Positions 1 through 9,293 are shown, counted from the stretch's first letter. The stretch: 64,000 nt of DNA from an uncultured bacterium (GCA_963977015.1 CAXBMO010000003.1:414560-478559); one strand, 5' to 3'. Notes: a model not told the origin generated them from the letters alone. Program-made: numbers and translations.

Positions 1-477
1 GGAACGCCCAAATGCCTTCCCAAAGTTGAGGGAATCCCCTTTATCGTCCACGACGCGGGAGCCCATGAGCCACTTGCCCCAGGTGTTGGCGCGCAGAAAC
101 GTATTGTAGTTGAACCAGGTGAACCAAACTCCGATAAATCCGAACACCCCTACTGCGATGGCGGGTGCCCACTGCGGGCCTTCAGGAAGTTTGGCGATCA
201 GCCCAATCGATGCCGCGTAAAACACGACGGAACAAATCAGGAGGTCAATCCCTTTGGCGACAAACCGTCGTCCTCTTCCCGCCAGCATCATGCCAGGAAC
301 CTGGACCATCGGCACATTGACCACGTTCTCGTGAATCGGGTTTACCAACTCCATTTGATCGGGAATCGCCTCAGCCTGCGCCCCAAGTTCAAACAAGGGC
401 CGATCCTCCCCTCCGGAGCCTAACTCAAAGAGTGGCCGTTCCTCGGTTTCACCGTAATCTGGATTTGAATCGTTCAT
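1..477 (-). CDS. RDD-family membrane protein (3' end truncated by the window edge)
   Basis: Translated by hand; not in the ORF track. The ATG at 477 abuts the moaD stop. It reads ...LAGRGRRFVAKGIDLLICSVV... and ...TWGKWLMGSRVVDDKGDSLNFGKAFGRS, matching the RDD pattern (RxxAxxID...TxGKxxxxxRVV). Confidence 0.75.
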   Translation of the reverse strand, partial: MNDSNPDYGETEERPLFELGSGGEDRPLFELGAQAEAIPDQMELVNPIHENVVNVPMVQVPGMMLAGRGRRFVAKGIDLLICSVVFYAASIGLIAKLPEGPQWAPAIAVGVFGFIGVWFTWFNYNTFLRANTWGKWLMGSRVVDDKGDSLNFGKAFGRS

Positions 478-729
478 CTATCCACCCTGGACCGGGGGCA
501 TGATCGCGATCTCCTGACCATCTCGAAGTTCAGTTTCGCGATCCACATAATCCATATCGGCAGCCACCAGCAAATTTGTGTCCCAATCGCGAAGTTTCGG
601 ATAATCGGCGTAAAGGCGTTCCAAAAGGCCTCCCACGGTCCACGATTTTTTCGCCGGCAATTCCAACTGGAATTGCTCGCGACCAACGACGTCACGCAAA
701 ATGGAGAAAAACAGGACCTGAAGTTTCAT
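478..729 (-). CDS. moaD: MoaD/ThiS-family sulfur carrier (molybdopterin synthase small subunit)
   Basis: 83 aa from MKLQVLFFSILRDVVG to EIAIMPPVQGG, with the C-terminal GG. The upstream 71 aa of the track ORF do not look like protein. Confidence 0.9.
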   Translation of the reverse strand: MKLQVLFFSILRDVVGREQFQLELPAKKSWTVGGLLERLYADYPKLRDWDTNLLVAADMDYVDRETELRDGQEIAIMPPVQGG

Positions 730-924
730 GGGTTCTTGGCGGGAACTCCACTTTACGCAGGATCCGGATCGGGGCAACTCTCCCCCTCCTCCCTTCAAGC
801 TCCACTGACACGATGCACCAAGCTGAAGAGACCGGGCAAGTGGGCTTGATATCGATTGGAGCATCCCCATTTTCGACGCCCCGTAGCTGGGAATCATTCG
901 CGAAAGGAAGGGGCTTCCGGGTAT

Positions 925-965
925 CAAAAAACCGCTCCCCAATTGAGATCAGAGAGCGGTTTTTG
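925..965. terminator. Intrinsic terminator, possibly bidirectional
   Basis: Inverted repeat AAAAACCGCTC...GAGCGGTTTTT just downstream of the 1004-1504 gene. Confidence 0.75.
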
Positions 966-1003
966 GTTCTGAAATTTTGCGGGGTGAGCCTCGCGCTCCC
1001 GAT

Positions 1004-1504
1004 CTACTTGAGTCCGCTCTTGATCATTTCTGCGAACGGCTCCCGGGCTTCATCTGCGACAGCGGCAGGAGCAGTCATTTTCACAAATACCAAACGCCCA
1101 TCATCGGTCGGCAGGATGGCGCCAAGCATCCGATAGTTCTCTTTGGGCTTTTTGGAAGTGGCTGGGGCCATTGGCGGTCCGTCGAGGTAGACCCCGCTGA
1201 GGATGACAATCACGCCACCACCTTCCAACTTCTCACGTTCCTCTTCCGGTGGAGCCGCGAACTGCCCCTTCCAACGGGCAATATTTTGCTCAAGCGTACC
1301 ACCGAAGACAAAAAACGCAGCCGAGGGATCATCATCGCCTTCGGCATCGAAGAGCAATTCCGCGGACCGCATGGGGCTGCTCGGTTGTTGGGAGGTCCAT
1401 TTTTCGCCAAGATCAAACGTGTATTGAGAGACTTCGATCGTGTCGGCGTTGGAAAGCAACGCAGTGGAAGCAAGAAGTAAGGGGATTATGAAAAGTGACT
1501 TCAT
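1004..1504 (-). CDS. Exported hypothetical protein
   Basis: Signal peptide MKSLFIIPLLLASTALLSNA; conserved-looking GGTLEQNIARWKGQF and FVKMTAP segments. Confidence 0.75.
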   Translation of the reverse strand: MKSLFIIPLLLASTALLSNADTIEVSQYTFDLGEKWTSQQPSSPMRSAELLFDAEGDDDPSAAFFVFGGTLEQNIARWKGQFAAPPEEEREKLEGGGVIVILSGVYLDGPPMAPATSKKPKENYRMLGAILPTDDGRLVFVKMTAPAAVADEAREPFAEMIKSGLK

Positions 1505-1569
1505 GAGGATGGATTTAGTGCTGTCAGGGCCGGAATTCCAGCTTTTTCGGCATTGAATCGACCGGTGCG

Positions 1570-3792
1570 CTAGGCTCGGTCGACCACGATTCGGTCACCG
1601 TAAACCGCACCGACCTTGATCGCGCTCCCTTCTTCGATGAATTCAGAATCGCTGGTCACATCGAGCAACTTCCCGTCGATGACTGCCTTTCCCGAGGGAC
1701 GGAGATCGGTTTTTGCGACACCCGCTTTGCCGAGAAGCGGACTCTTGCCTGTCGCTTGGTCGATTTCATGGTCACCGATGGCGGTTCCGCTAGCTAACGA
1801 TTCCTGAAGCACAAGCCGGGTGGCGGGCGTCAGATGAGGCAGGAATTTCATCAATACGCCGATTAGAACCGCGGCCAGGAAAATGGAGATCATCATCGTG
1901 AAAATCGGCACCCTGGCAATCGATCCAAGTGTCGGGGCAGCTTCCCCTCCTTCCATGAAATCCCCAAGATCGACCCGGTCAACGAGCGCAAAACCAAGCG
2001 ACCCGACCATGAGCAGCGCTCCCACCACGCCTATGATGACCGTGCTCCCTCCCAATATGAGAAGTTCGAGAGCGAGTAGCGCCAAGCCGAGGATGAAGAA
2101 GAAGGCCGTCTCATAACCCGCCATGTTTCCAGCAACATTGTTGCCAAAAAAGAACAGGGTGAAGGATAGCACGGAAACGATACCTGGAATTCCGAACCCC
2201 GGGGAATTCAATTCGAGATAGGCTCCGCCAACACCAAAAGCAATGAGCAGAAACGAGAAGGCCTGCGTCCACTGGGCAAAGGCCTCAAGCGGCGTTGCTT
2301 TAACGTCGAGCACCTCGCCTTCGAGCCCCTCCTGCTCGATAATCTCATCGATCGAATTCACGATCCCCTTCGCCAGAAGAGGCTCTCCATTGTAGACCTC
2401 GACAGCTTCAAGTGCATTGAGATCAAGAACCTCCCCTTTCGCGCAGATCGTGACACCATCGCGAATCACTTCGGTTTCCGTGGTGATGAATGCGACGCAG
2501 AGATCGGGATCGTGACCTTTGGCAATCGCGACGTTGCGAACCGTGGATTCCATATCGGCCTGAACTTTCGCCATCATCGTTTCCGGAATATCTCCACCCG
2601 TGCTCATGACCGGAAGCGCCGCGCCAATGGTGCTGGTGGGCTTCATATAGATGTGATCGGTCGCAATGGCGAGAAGTGCGCCCGCCGACTTGGCTTTCGT
2701 ATTGACGAAGGTGAAGGTTGGGAAGTCCACCTCCTGCAAGGCCCCCATCATCACATCCGTAGTGTACCAGCCAACGCCTCCCGGAGTGTGCATATCGAAA
2801 ATGAGCGCGGCGGCCCGATCATCCCGCGCTTTAACGACGATCCGCTCCATGAACTTGAAACGGGCCTCCGTCGACAAATCCCGAAGACCTACTTTCACAA
2901 TTAGAATTTTCCCGGCATAGCTCGCTTCTGACGCTTTCCCGAAGAGGAACGGCTCCTCTTCGACCTTTTCAGGCCCATCGCCGGGCTTTTTCTTGGACTT
3001 CGATGCTGACAACTTGTCGCGAAAGCCGCTTCGCTGCCATTCCATCACGCTGATCTCGATCAACTCGCCCTTCAGCCCTTCCTTCTTCACGATCTCCGCA
3101 CTGGTCTCCACAATCCCCTTGCTGAAATTCAAGGCGACCGCTTCCTCAGCCGCCAACGTCAACACTTCCCCCTTCTTGGAAATGCGATCATCCTCCGGAC
3201 CGAGTTCGAAATCCGGGTCGATCATCGCTTCCGCCAAATCGGCCTGATGCCCTTTCGCCTTGGCCAAACTGCGAGCCTGAGCCTTCAAAACAGAAACTTT
3301 CTGGCGATCCTGCGAGGACATCTCCTGATCTTTGCCCGTGATCTGAGCAACATCCGGAGTGGCGCCACCGATCACCGAGACCGGACTCATATAGATCCCG
3401 TTGCTTCCCAAAGCCAGCAACGCTCCCATCCCCAGAGCCGAGGATTTTGCGTAGGTGTAGATCGGAACGCTGACTTTGGGCAGGTCACGCAAGAGAAAGT
3501 TCGCCAGTTCCGCCGAATATCCGGCCTCGATGTCGACCTCCAGAATGACGGCCGAGACCTCTTCGCGATCGGCTTCCTGGAGAAGTTTCCGAAGGGAACG
3601 GAGGCGTTCCCCGTTTCTCATGTCCGGCGTGGTCACTCGCACGACGAGAACGTTGTTTTCCAAGCCCTCCTTCTCCTCAGACGTGGGTAAGGTGAGGTCG
3701 GGTTCCGCCTCTTTTAGACCCAATCCCGCAAAACCGAAGGTCATTAATACGAGATAGACCCAAATTCGCATTGCTCTAGGTGTTCCTGACAT
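1570..3792 (-). CDS. nfeD: NfeD-like membrane-bound ClpP-class protease with two tandem protease domains, a TM bundle and a C-terminal NfeD OB fold
   Basis: DMHTPGG, AKSAGALLAIA and YMKPTSTIGAA; ELNSPGFGIPG TM motif; C-terminal G-x-A-x-TDLRPSGKAVIDG...FIEEG...G-x-RIVV. Confidence 0.85.
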   Translation of the reverse strand: MSGTPRAMRIWVYLVLMTFGFAGLGLKEAEPDLTLPTSEEKEGLENNVLVVRVTTPDMRNGERLRSLRKLLQEADREEVSAVILEVDIEAGYSAELANFLLRDLPKVSVPIYTYAKSSALGMGALLALGSNGIYMSPVSVIGGATPDVAQITGKDQEMSSQDRQKVSVLKAQARSLAKAKGHQADLAEAMIDPDFELGPEDDRISKKGEVLTLAAEEAVALNFSKGIVETSAEIVKKEGLKGELIEISVMEWQRSGFRDKLSASKSKKKPGDGPEKVEEEPFLFGKASEASYAGKILIVKVGLRDLSTEARFKFMERIVVKARDDRAAALIFDMHTPGGVGWYTTDVMMGALQEVDFPTFTFVNTKAKSAGALLAIATDHIYMKPTSTIGAALPVMSTGGDIPETMMAKVQADMESTVRNVAIAKGHDPDLCVAFITTETEVIRDGVTICAKGEVLDLNALEAVEVYNGEPLLAKGIVNSIDEIIEQEGLEGEVLDVKATPLEAFAQWTQAFSFLLIAFGVGGAYLELNSPGFGIPGIVSVLSFTLFFFGNNVAGNMAGYETAFFFILGLALLALELLILGGSTVIIGVVGALLMVGSLGFALVDRVDLGDFMEGGEAAPTLGSIARVPIFTMMISIFLAAVLIGVLMKFLPHLTPATRLVLQESLASGTAIGDHEIDQATGKSPLLGKAGVAKTDLRPSGKAVIDGKLLDVTSDSEFIEEGSAIKVGAVYGDRIVVDRA

Positions 3793-3996
3793 GGCTACAA
3801 ATTCGTTGATTCTTGTGGTTGCCTGAACAATCGGTCAGGTAGTTCCAGCTTAGGCTGGTCAGTCGAAAATTCCAAATTCGAAGCATAAAAATCCGGATTC
3901 CAGCTTCCATCGGCGCCCTTCTCTGGTTTTGTCTCGTTCGAGCGTGAAATTCGTCGAATTTGACGGCTCCAGACCAGGAATTCATCGCATTCACCC

Positions 3997-5796
3997 GTGT
4001 ACTCAGAAGAATTCATCCAGAGAGTGGCCGACGCCAACGACATCGTTGATGTCATTGGCGAATACACGGATTTGAAGCGGGCGGGGTCTGAGTTCAAGGG
4101 GCTAAGTCCTTTTACGAATGAAAAGACCCCTTCGTTTGCCGTGAATCCGGGAAAACAGGTCTGGCACTGCTGGTCCTCGGACCGCAAGGGCAACCTGTTC
4201 AAGTTCATCATGGAGGCGGATGGGCTCAATTTTCCGGAATCCGTCAAGAAGATGGCGCAAAGGGCGAATATTCCGCTCGAAGAAGAGGCGGAGTCCCCGG
4301 AAGTCACCGCGCAACGCAAATCCCGGGACCGCCTCAAAGAAGCTCACCGTCAGGCGGCGGAATGGTTTCATGACTTGCTGATGAAAAGCCGCGACCCAGG
4401 CCCTCAGATGGCCCGCGACTATTTGAAACAACGAGGCGTGAGCGGTGACGTGGCGAGGCGATGGAAACTCGGTTACGCGCCCAAATTTGGTAATGCGATG
4501 GTGCAATGGGCCAAGAAGCATGGCTTGCGGGAGAACGATTTGGCTGAGGGCGGGCTTCTCGGGCGCGGCGATCGCGGATTTTACGGTTTCTTTCGGCACC
4601 GGCTCATGTTCCCGATTCTGGACCAGTACGGCAACGTGATCGCCTTCAGCGGACGGGAGCTGGAAAAGAGCAGCGACGGCCGGAAATACGTCAATTCGCC
4701 AGCCACCCCCATTTTTGACAAGTCCTCGACCTTCTTCGGCTTGTTTCAGGCCAAGCGTTCGATCTTGAATTCCCAATACGTCATCATCTGTGAGGGACAA
4801 CTCGATGTGATCGCGGCTTCCGAAGCGGGCGTGGAGAATATCGTGGCTCCGCTTGGCACCGCGTTTAATGAGGCACACGCCCAGGTTCTCCGGAAGGACG
4901 TTCGTGAAGCGGTGCTTTGTCTGGACTCGGACCGCGCCGGGATCAAAGCGACCGACCGCGTGTTTGAGCAATTGGCGAAGACTGGAATTTTCGCAAAAGT
5001 CGCGCGGATGCCGGAAGGCGAAGACCCGGATTCATTGATCAAGAGCGCCGGAGCCGACGCGTTCCGGGACGTGATTCACAACGCGATCGATTACTTTGAT
5101 TTTCAGCTCCAAATCGGCCTCCCCGACCCTCAGGCGGCCTCGCCGCATGACCGATGGACGCTGATGAACAAGATTGCCGAAAAATTGCTTCATGTCGGTG
5201 ATGAAGTGCAGCGTCGAATCGTGACCGAACGCGTGTCGCGCCTTCTGGGGGTCGCGACCGACGATATCGAAGGCGCCACCAGCCAGATGCGGCAACGCGA
5301 GCAAATGCGGGCAACCCGACAGGCTTCCCGCCAGAAAACGGTGGAGGCGGCTCCCGACATTCTGCCTCCCTCGAACGTTCTTCGGATGCTTGCCCGGTTG
5401 ATGGCGAACCATAGCGAAGCCCGGGAATGGATCTTCGAGAACGCCGACCGTTCGGTCCTGGATTTTCTGCCGGGATCTCAACTCCTGGCACTCTTGTGGG
5501 ACGGCGACTTCGACCCGGAGGATCCGCAATCCCAGCATCAGTTTCTGGAAACCCTCCCCGATGAAGCGAAACGCGCCCTCAATTGGCTCAACGATGAAAA
5601 GGCGCCCCCGCCATCCGTCGAACTGGCGGAAGATTGCTGGGTTTCGATTCAACGTGAGGTTCTTGGCCGGCAACTCCGTGAAGCGAAAGCTCGGCTCAAG
5701 GAGCCAGGGCTTCAGTCCGATCAGTTAATTCAGGCTTTGGAACGCGTGAAGCAGGTAGAGTCCGAACTCAAATCCCTGCCACGGCCGCGCGTTTAG
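3997..5796 (+). CDS. dnaG: DNA primase
   Basis: EKTPSF, FRHRLMFPI, AFSGR, KYVNSPAT-IFDKS, TOPRIM EGQLDV, LDSDRAG and DPD. GTG start. Confidence 0.97.
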   Translation: MYSEEFIQRVADANDIVDVIGEYTDLKRAGSEFKGLSPFTNEKTPSFAVNPGKQVWHCWSSDRKGNLFKFIMEADGLNFPESVKKMAQRANIPLEEEAESPEVTAQRKSRDRLKEAHRQAAEWFHDLLMKSRDPGPQMARDYLKQRGVSGDVARRWKLGYAPKFGNAMVQWAKKHGLRENDLAEGGLLGRGDRGFYGFFRHRLMFPILDQYGNVIAFSGRELEKSSDGRKYVNSPATPIFDKSSTFFGLFQAKRSILNSQYVIICEGQLDVIAASEAGVENIVAPLGTAFNEAHAQVLRKDVREAVLCLDSDRAGIKATDRVFEQLAKTGIFAKVARMPEGEDPDSLIKSAGADAFRDVIHNAIDYFDFQLQIGLPDPQAASPHDRWTLMNKIAEKLLHVGDEVQRRIVTERVSRLLGVATDDIEGATSQMRQREQMRATRQASRQKTVEAAPDILPPSNVLRMLARLMANHSEAREWIFENADRSVLDFLPGSQLLALLWDGDFDPEDPQSQHQFLETLPDEAKRALNWLNDEKAPPPSVELAEDCWVSIQREVLGRQLREAKARLKEPGLQSDQLIQALERVKQVESELKSLPRPRV

Positions 5797-6899
5797 AGCT
5801 CATCCAAAGCGCGGCGGAGTTTGGACTCCCGCGCTTCAATGCTCTCACAAAGCCGCATTTGGACGCGGGCCCGATCAAGGTTTTGTTGATCGTGTTTCAC
5901 TTTGAAATACACGTCTCCCGCCAGGTAATCGGTGTAAAAGCGCAACCCCAGCTCAAAGGTGATCAACCGGATCGAATCAAACAGGTATTTGCGGTCAGCC
6001 TCAGTCAAAAATGGTCCGGCCTCGCGCAAATAGCCGCGAACGAGCGCGCCAAAAAGATCCAGATCCAGAAAAACTTCGTCAAGATCGGTCGTCTCTTCAC
6101 CACCGGGATTGCAGGCGCTTCGCACCGCGTCCCCAAAATCGTAGTGGATCAATCCGGGTTTCACCGTATCCAAATCGACAATCGCCGTTCCTTTTCCCGA
6201 GAAGTCATCAATCATGATGTTGGAGATTTTCGGATCCCCGTGAATCGGGCGCAGTTGGAGTTCCCCTTTCTGACAGGCATCCTCCAACACGGGCGCGAAA
6301 TCCCGACGCTCTTGCACAAATTTCACCAAGCGCCGGGCTTCGCTTGAAGCTTCCGCCCGCAACTGACCTTCCTCGGTCGCCAAGACGCGGTCGAACTGCT
6401 TCAGATAGCCGGGAGTGATGTGAAACCCGGGAAGGGTATCTTCCAGTTCATTGACGGGGAAATCGGCAATCAATCGCTGAAAGTGACCGAGCACCTGGCC
6501 GGCTTCCACGGCGTGCTCCACGGAATGAACCCGCTCATAGGACTTGGCGGAGGCAATCAACGAAAGACCTCGCCAAACATCTCCCTTGTCATCCCGCACA
6601 AAATCGCGCCCCCCACTTGCGGGAATGACCTTGGGGAGTTGCCAGATTCGATCGGCCGAGTCGGCCTCACTTCGAATCTTGCCGTGCGCATGCCTCGTAA
6701 TCGCCGAGATGTTCGCCATCACATTTTCCGGAGACGGGAAGACCGCTTGATTGATCTTCTGCAGAATGAACTGTTGCTCGTCGAAGGTCGTCCGAAAAAT
6801 TGCACGATAGGTATCGTTCACGTTTCCGGAATGCAGCGCCTCCACCGTGACCAGCTGTCCCTCCATTTCAAATTGTTTGGCAATCTCCGCGGGGTTCAT
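5793..6899 (-). CDS. APH/phosphotransferase-family kinase (N-acetylhexosamine 1-kinase-like)
   Basis: GNVNDTY, ILQKIN, HGDPKISN, VDLDTVKPG and DFGDAVR. Confidence 0.85.
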   Translation of the reverse strand: MNPAEIAKQFEMEGQLVTVEALHSGNVNDTYRAIFRTTFDEQQFILQKINQAVFPSPENVMANISAITRHAHGKIRSEADSADRIWQLPKVIPASGGRDFVRDDKGDVWRGLSLIASAKSYERVHSVEHAVEAGQVLGHFQRLIADFPVNELEDTLPGFHITPGYLKQFDRVLATEEGQLRAEASSEARRLVKFVQERRDFAPVLEDACQKGELQLRPIHGDPKISNIMIDDFSGKGTAIVDLDTVKPGLIHYDFGDAVRSACNPGGEETTDLDEVFLDLDLFGALVRGYLREAGPFLTEADRKYLFDSIRLITFELGLRFYTDYLAGDVYFKVKHDQQNLDRARVQMRLCESIEARESKLRRALDEL

Positions 6900-7067
6900 A
6901 ATCTTCGCAATCCGGCTTCATACTTGCCTCAACCGGCTTGGGCAACTAGGAACTCGAATCTGGTGAAAGGTCCGGCCCCCGAATAGTCTAACAAACTGTT
7001 GGTCAAATTGGTGGCCAGTCCCGTAGATGCCATGATACGTTTACGTCTAAGTTTTCCGAAGTTCTCG

Positions 7068-8237
7068 ATGATGATGATTTCCTTCCCGAATCTCGCCCGG
7101 TGCTCGATCCTGATCGCACCGGTTTGCTTTTTGTGCGGATGCTTTCCCGGCGATGCAAACCAGGATCAACTGGACCGCCTTTCGAAGCGGCTTCTCGACA
7201 TGGAAGAGGAAATGGACGCGCTGAGAGCGACGGCCGCGGCACCAGCGGACGGAGACCGCCTCTCCGGGCTGCAGCAGCGCATCCTTGAGGTGGAGAAATC
7301 GCAGGGGCAAACTCGCGAAGCGATTATTCAGGAGCTTCGTATCCAGAACGAGAAACTGCAGCGCACCTTTCGCGGGTTCAACCAGATGCAGGACGTCATC
7401 CAAACCGGGCAGACCTGGGCCGCCTTTGGGCTGGACTACCAGGGGCACGCCGTTGCGCGAACCAAGCACGGCTCATTCCTGATCGAGTTGGAGGAACAGG
7501 AGGCGACCGAGAACGGCTATCGCCTCACGCTTCGAATCGGGAATCCCAGCGGGCTCCTCATTCACCAATTCCGACTTTACGGCGATTACGGCTCTCCCCC
7601 GCCGAGCAACACCGATATCACGGATTACGAGACCTATATCCGCAATTTTGACCAGTGGGAAGGCTCGCTGAAGAAGTTTGAAGCCAATTTTGTGACGCCG
7701 CTCGCCACCAATGATTGGACACTGATTGGTTTGGTGATTCCCGCAGAACGCCTTGCGGAACTGCGATTCATCCGCTTCAAAATGGAAGTTGACCGGGCCA
7801 GCTTGGAAAACAACGTGGCCAAGGAAGAGGCGTTTGCTCAAATGAGCATTTCGCAGAAAGGAGCCACAATGTTGGAAACTCCCTATGGAAGCTTCCCGGT
7901 GTCGATCGCCGGACATACTAAAACCCTTTCCGGTCATGAACTCGAACTGCTGATCGGGAACCCTCTGGGAATGACGGTAACTTCCGCTCGACTGATCGGA
8001 CGCCTCGGTCCCAAACCTCCGAAGCTCAAAGAGCAGCAGGATTATGAATCGTTCACTTCAGAACTGGCAAAGTGGGATCGGGAATTGACCCCGTTCGAGG
8101 CCAGGCTCCCGACGTCACTAACACCTTTCCACTGGAATCGGGTCAAAATCCGCGTGCCAGCCGTGGAAGAATCCGACCTCGAACACATTCGCGCCCAATT
8201 GGAGGTTCTGAATGTGAGCCTTCGAAACAAGGATTGA
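7068..8237 (+). CDS. Lipoprotein with a coiled coil and two tandem DUF3251/YajI-like domains
   Basis: Lipobox-like FLCGC; duplicated GSF...G-x-x-L-x-L-x-IGNP-x-G...DYE...W unit. The family name is from memory, not from a search. Confidence 0.65.
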   Translation: MMMISFPNLARCSILIAPVCFLCGCFPGDANQDQLDRLSKRLLDMEEEMDALRATAAAPADGDRLSGLQQRILEVEKSQGQTREAIIQELRIQNEKLQRTFRGFNQMQDVIQTGQTWAAFGLDYQGHAVARTKHGSFLIELEEQEATENGYRLTLRIGNPSGLLIHQFRLYGDYGSPPPSNTDITDYETYIRNFDQWEGSLKKFEANFVTPLATNDWTLIGLVIPAERLAELRFIRFKMEVDRASLENNVAKEEAFAQMSISQKGATMLETPYGSFPVSIAGHTKTLSGHELELLIGNPLGMTVTSARLIGRLGPKPPKLKEQQDYESFTSELAKWDRELTPFEARLPTSLTPFHWNRVKIRVPAVEESDLEHIRAQLEVLNVSLRNKD

Positions 8238-8256
8238 GGCCGATCTGAAGGTCTGG

Positions 8257-8370
8257 GGAAAAGAAGAGAGGGAGCCGATCAGCAATGCTACCTCCCCAGA
8301 AGCATTAACTCATAGACTCCCTCTCATTGGCCGAGGCCAAAAACTCAGGCGCGTTGCCGCGTCCTTGAAT
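8257..8370 (-). ncRNA. Candidate small RNA
   Basis: Three hairpins on the minus strand: CGCG-GCAA-CGCG, TTGGC-CTCG-GCCAA and GAGAGGGAG...CTCCCTCTC followed by TTCTTTT. A sigma70-like promoter lies upstream. Confidence 0.5.
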
Positions 8371-8375
8371 CTACG

Positions 8376-8404
8376 AGTGTTAAAAAGCGTCGCTCAACCG
8401 TCAA
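8376..8404 (-). promoter_or_regulatory. Putative sigma70-type promoter for the candidate sRNA
   Basis: -35 TTGACG (8404-8399), 17-nt spacer, -10 AACACT (8381-8376). The -10 keeps A-11 and T-7 but lacks T-12. Confidence 0.45.
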
Positions 8405-8570
8405 GGTGAAAAGTCTTAGATTACAAAAAGATTGTCACAAAACATCAGGCCTTGAGCTCTCCCGTTCTTCTAAACGTTGGATTTGTGGTTATTTTCGCTC
8501 TTTGAACTGATTATCAGCTCCGGCCCGATCTTGCACGCAACCAATTTGTGGCGGAGGGGTTTCTTCTCCA

Positions 8571-9293
8571 ATGACGAGATTTGTTCGACATTCTCTTTTC
8601 GCCGTCTCACTGCTGATGGGACTTTCAGGTGCGCCTGGCTATGGCCAGGATAATCGCGAAGAACCCCGTTTCCCCAAAGAAAAGGACAAGCCGACGTCCG
8701 AACTAAAACTTTCTTCCGAGGACAGGGAGCGCATTCGAGCGGTATTGGCCGAAGCGTGGAAACGCCCGGAGGTCATTGCCGCCAGGGATGAAGTCCACTC
8801 CGCGACCGAAAACTATAAAAAGGCCCTTGAAAAGGCCGTGTCCGAGATTGATCCAGATGCCGAGGGCTTGATGAAGCGGCTCCATAACGAGAGCAAGATG
8901 GAGGCCATGAGGCATCGGCTTCCTCCTCACCCTCGCGGCACGGGAAGAGGTATGGGTCCGAAAATACCCAAAGAAGTCGTTGAGCGAATCGCATCGTCAG
9001 AACCCGCCTTTCGCGAGATGGATTTTGAGGAGCGAAGACGTTTTCTGGATATCGCGGAAAAGACCTTCCTAAGTGGCGCGCTGGATGAAGCTTTCGAACA
9101 GCTAAAATCCGCTGCAACCCCTGAGGAGAATGGTCGAGCCCGGAACCAAATTCGCGAAAAACTCATCCGAGAGATGGGAGATCGAGATTCCTGGGCCAAG
9201 GAAAAAATCGAGGCAGCACCACCACCTCCCTTTGATGGCGGAAGGCCTCCTCATCCTTCCCGAAAGGACGAGAAGCGTAAGAATATCGACTAG
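8571..9293 (+). CDS. Exported, helical, charged hypothetical protein
   Basis: Signal peptide; E/K/R-rich helices; Pro/Gly-rich linkers. Confidence 0.7.
   Translation: MTRFVRHSLFAVSLLMGLSGAPGYGQDNREEPRFPKEKDKPTSELKLSSEDRERIRAVLAEAWKRPEVIAARDEVHSATENYKKALEKAVSEIDPDAEGLMKRLHNESKMEAMRHRLPPHPRGTGRGMGPKIPKEVVERIASSEPAFREMDFEERRRFLDIAEKTFLSGALDEAFEQLKSAATPEENGRARNQIREKLIREMGDRDSWAKEKIEAAPPPPFDGGRPPHPSRKDEKRKNID

Noticed and set aside
730-924. Moco riboswitch upstream of moaD
   Set aside because: I could not recognise the motif; an Rfam scan would be needed to decide.
5793-6899. Aminoglycoside resistance gene
   Set aside because: The motifs fit the sugar-kinase (NahK-like) branch of the APH fold, and there is no mobile context.
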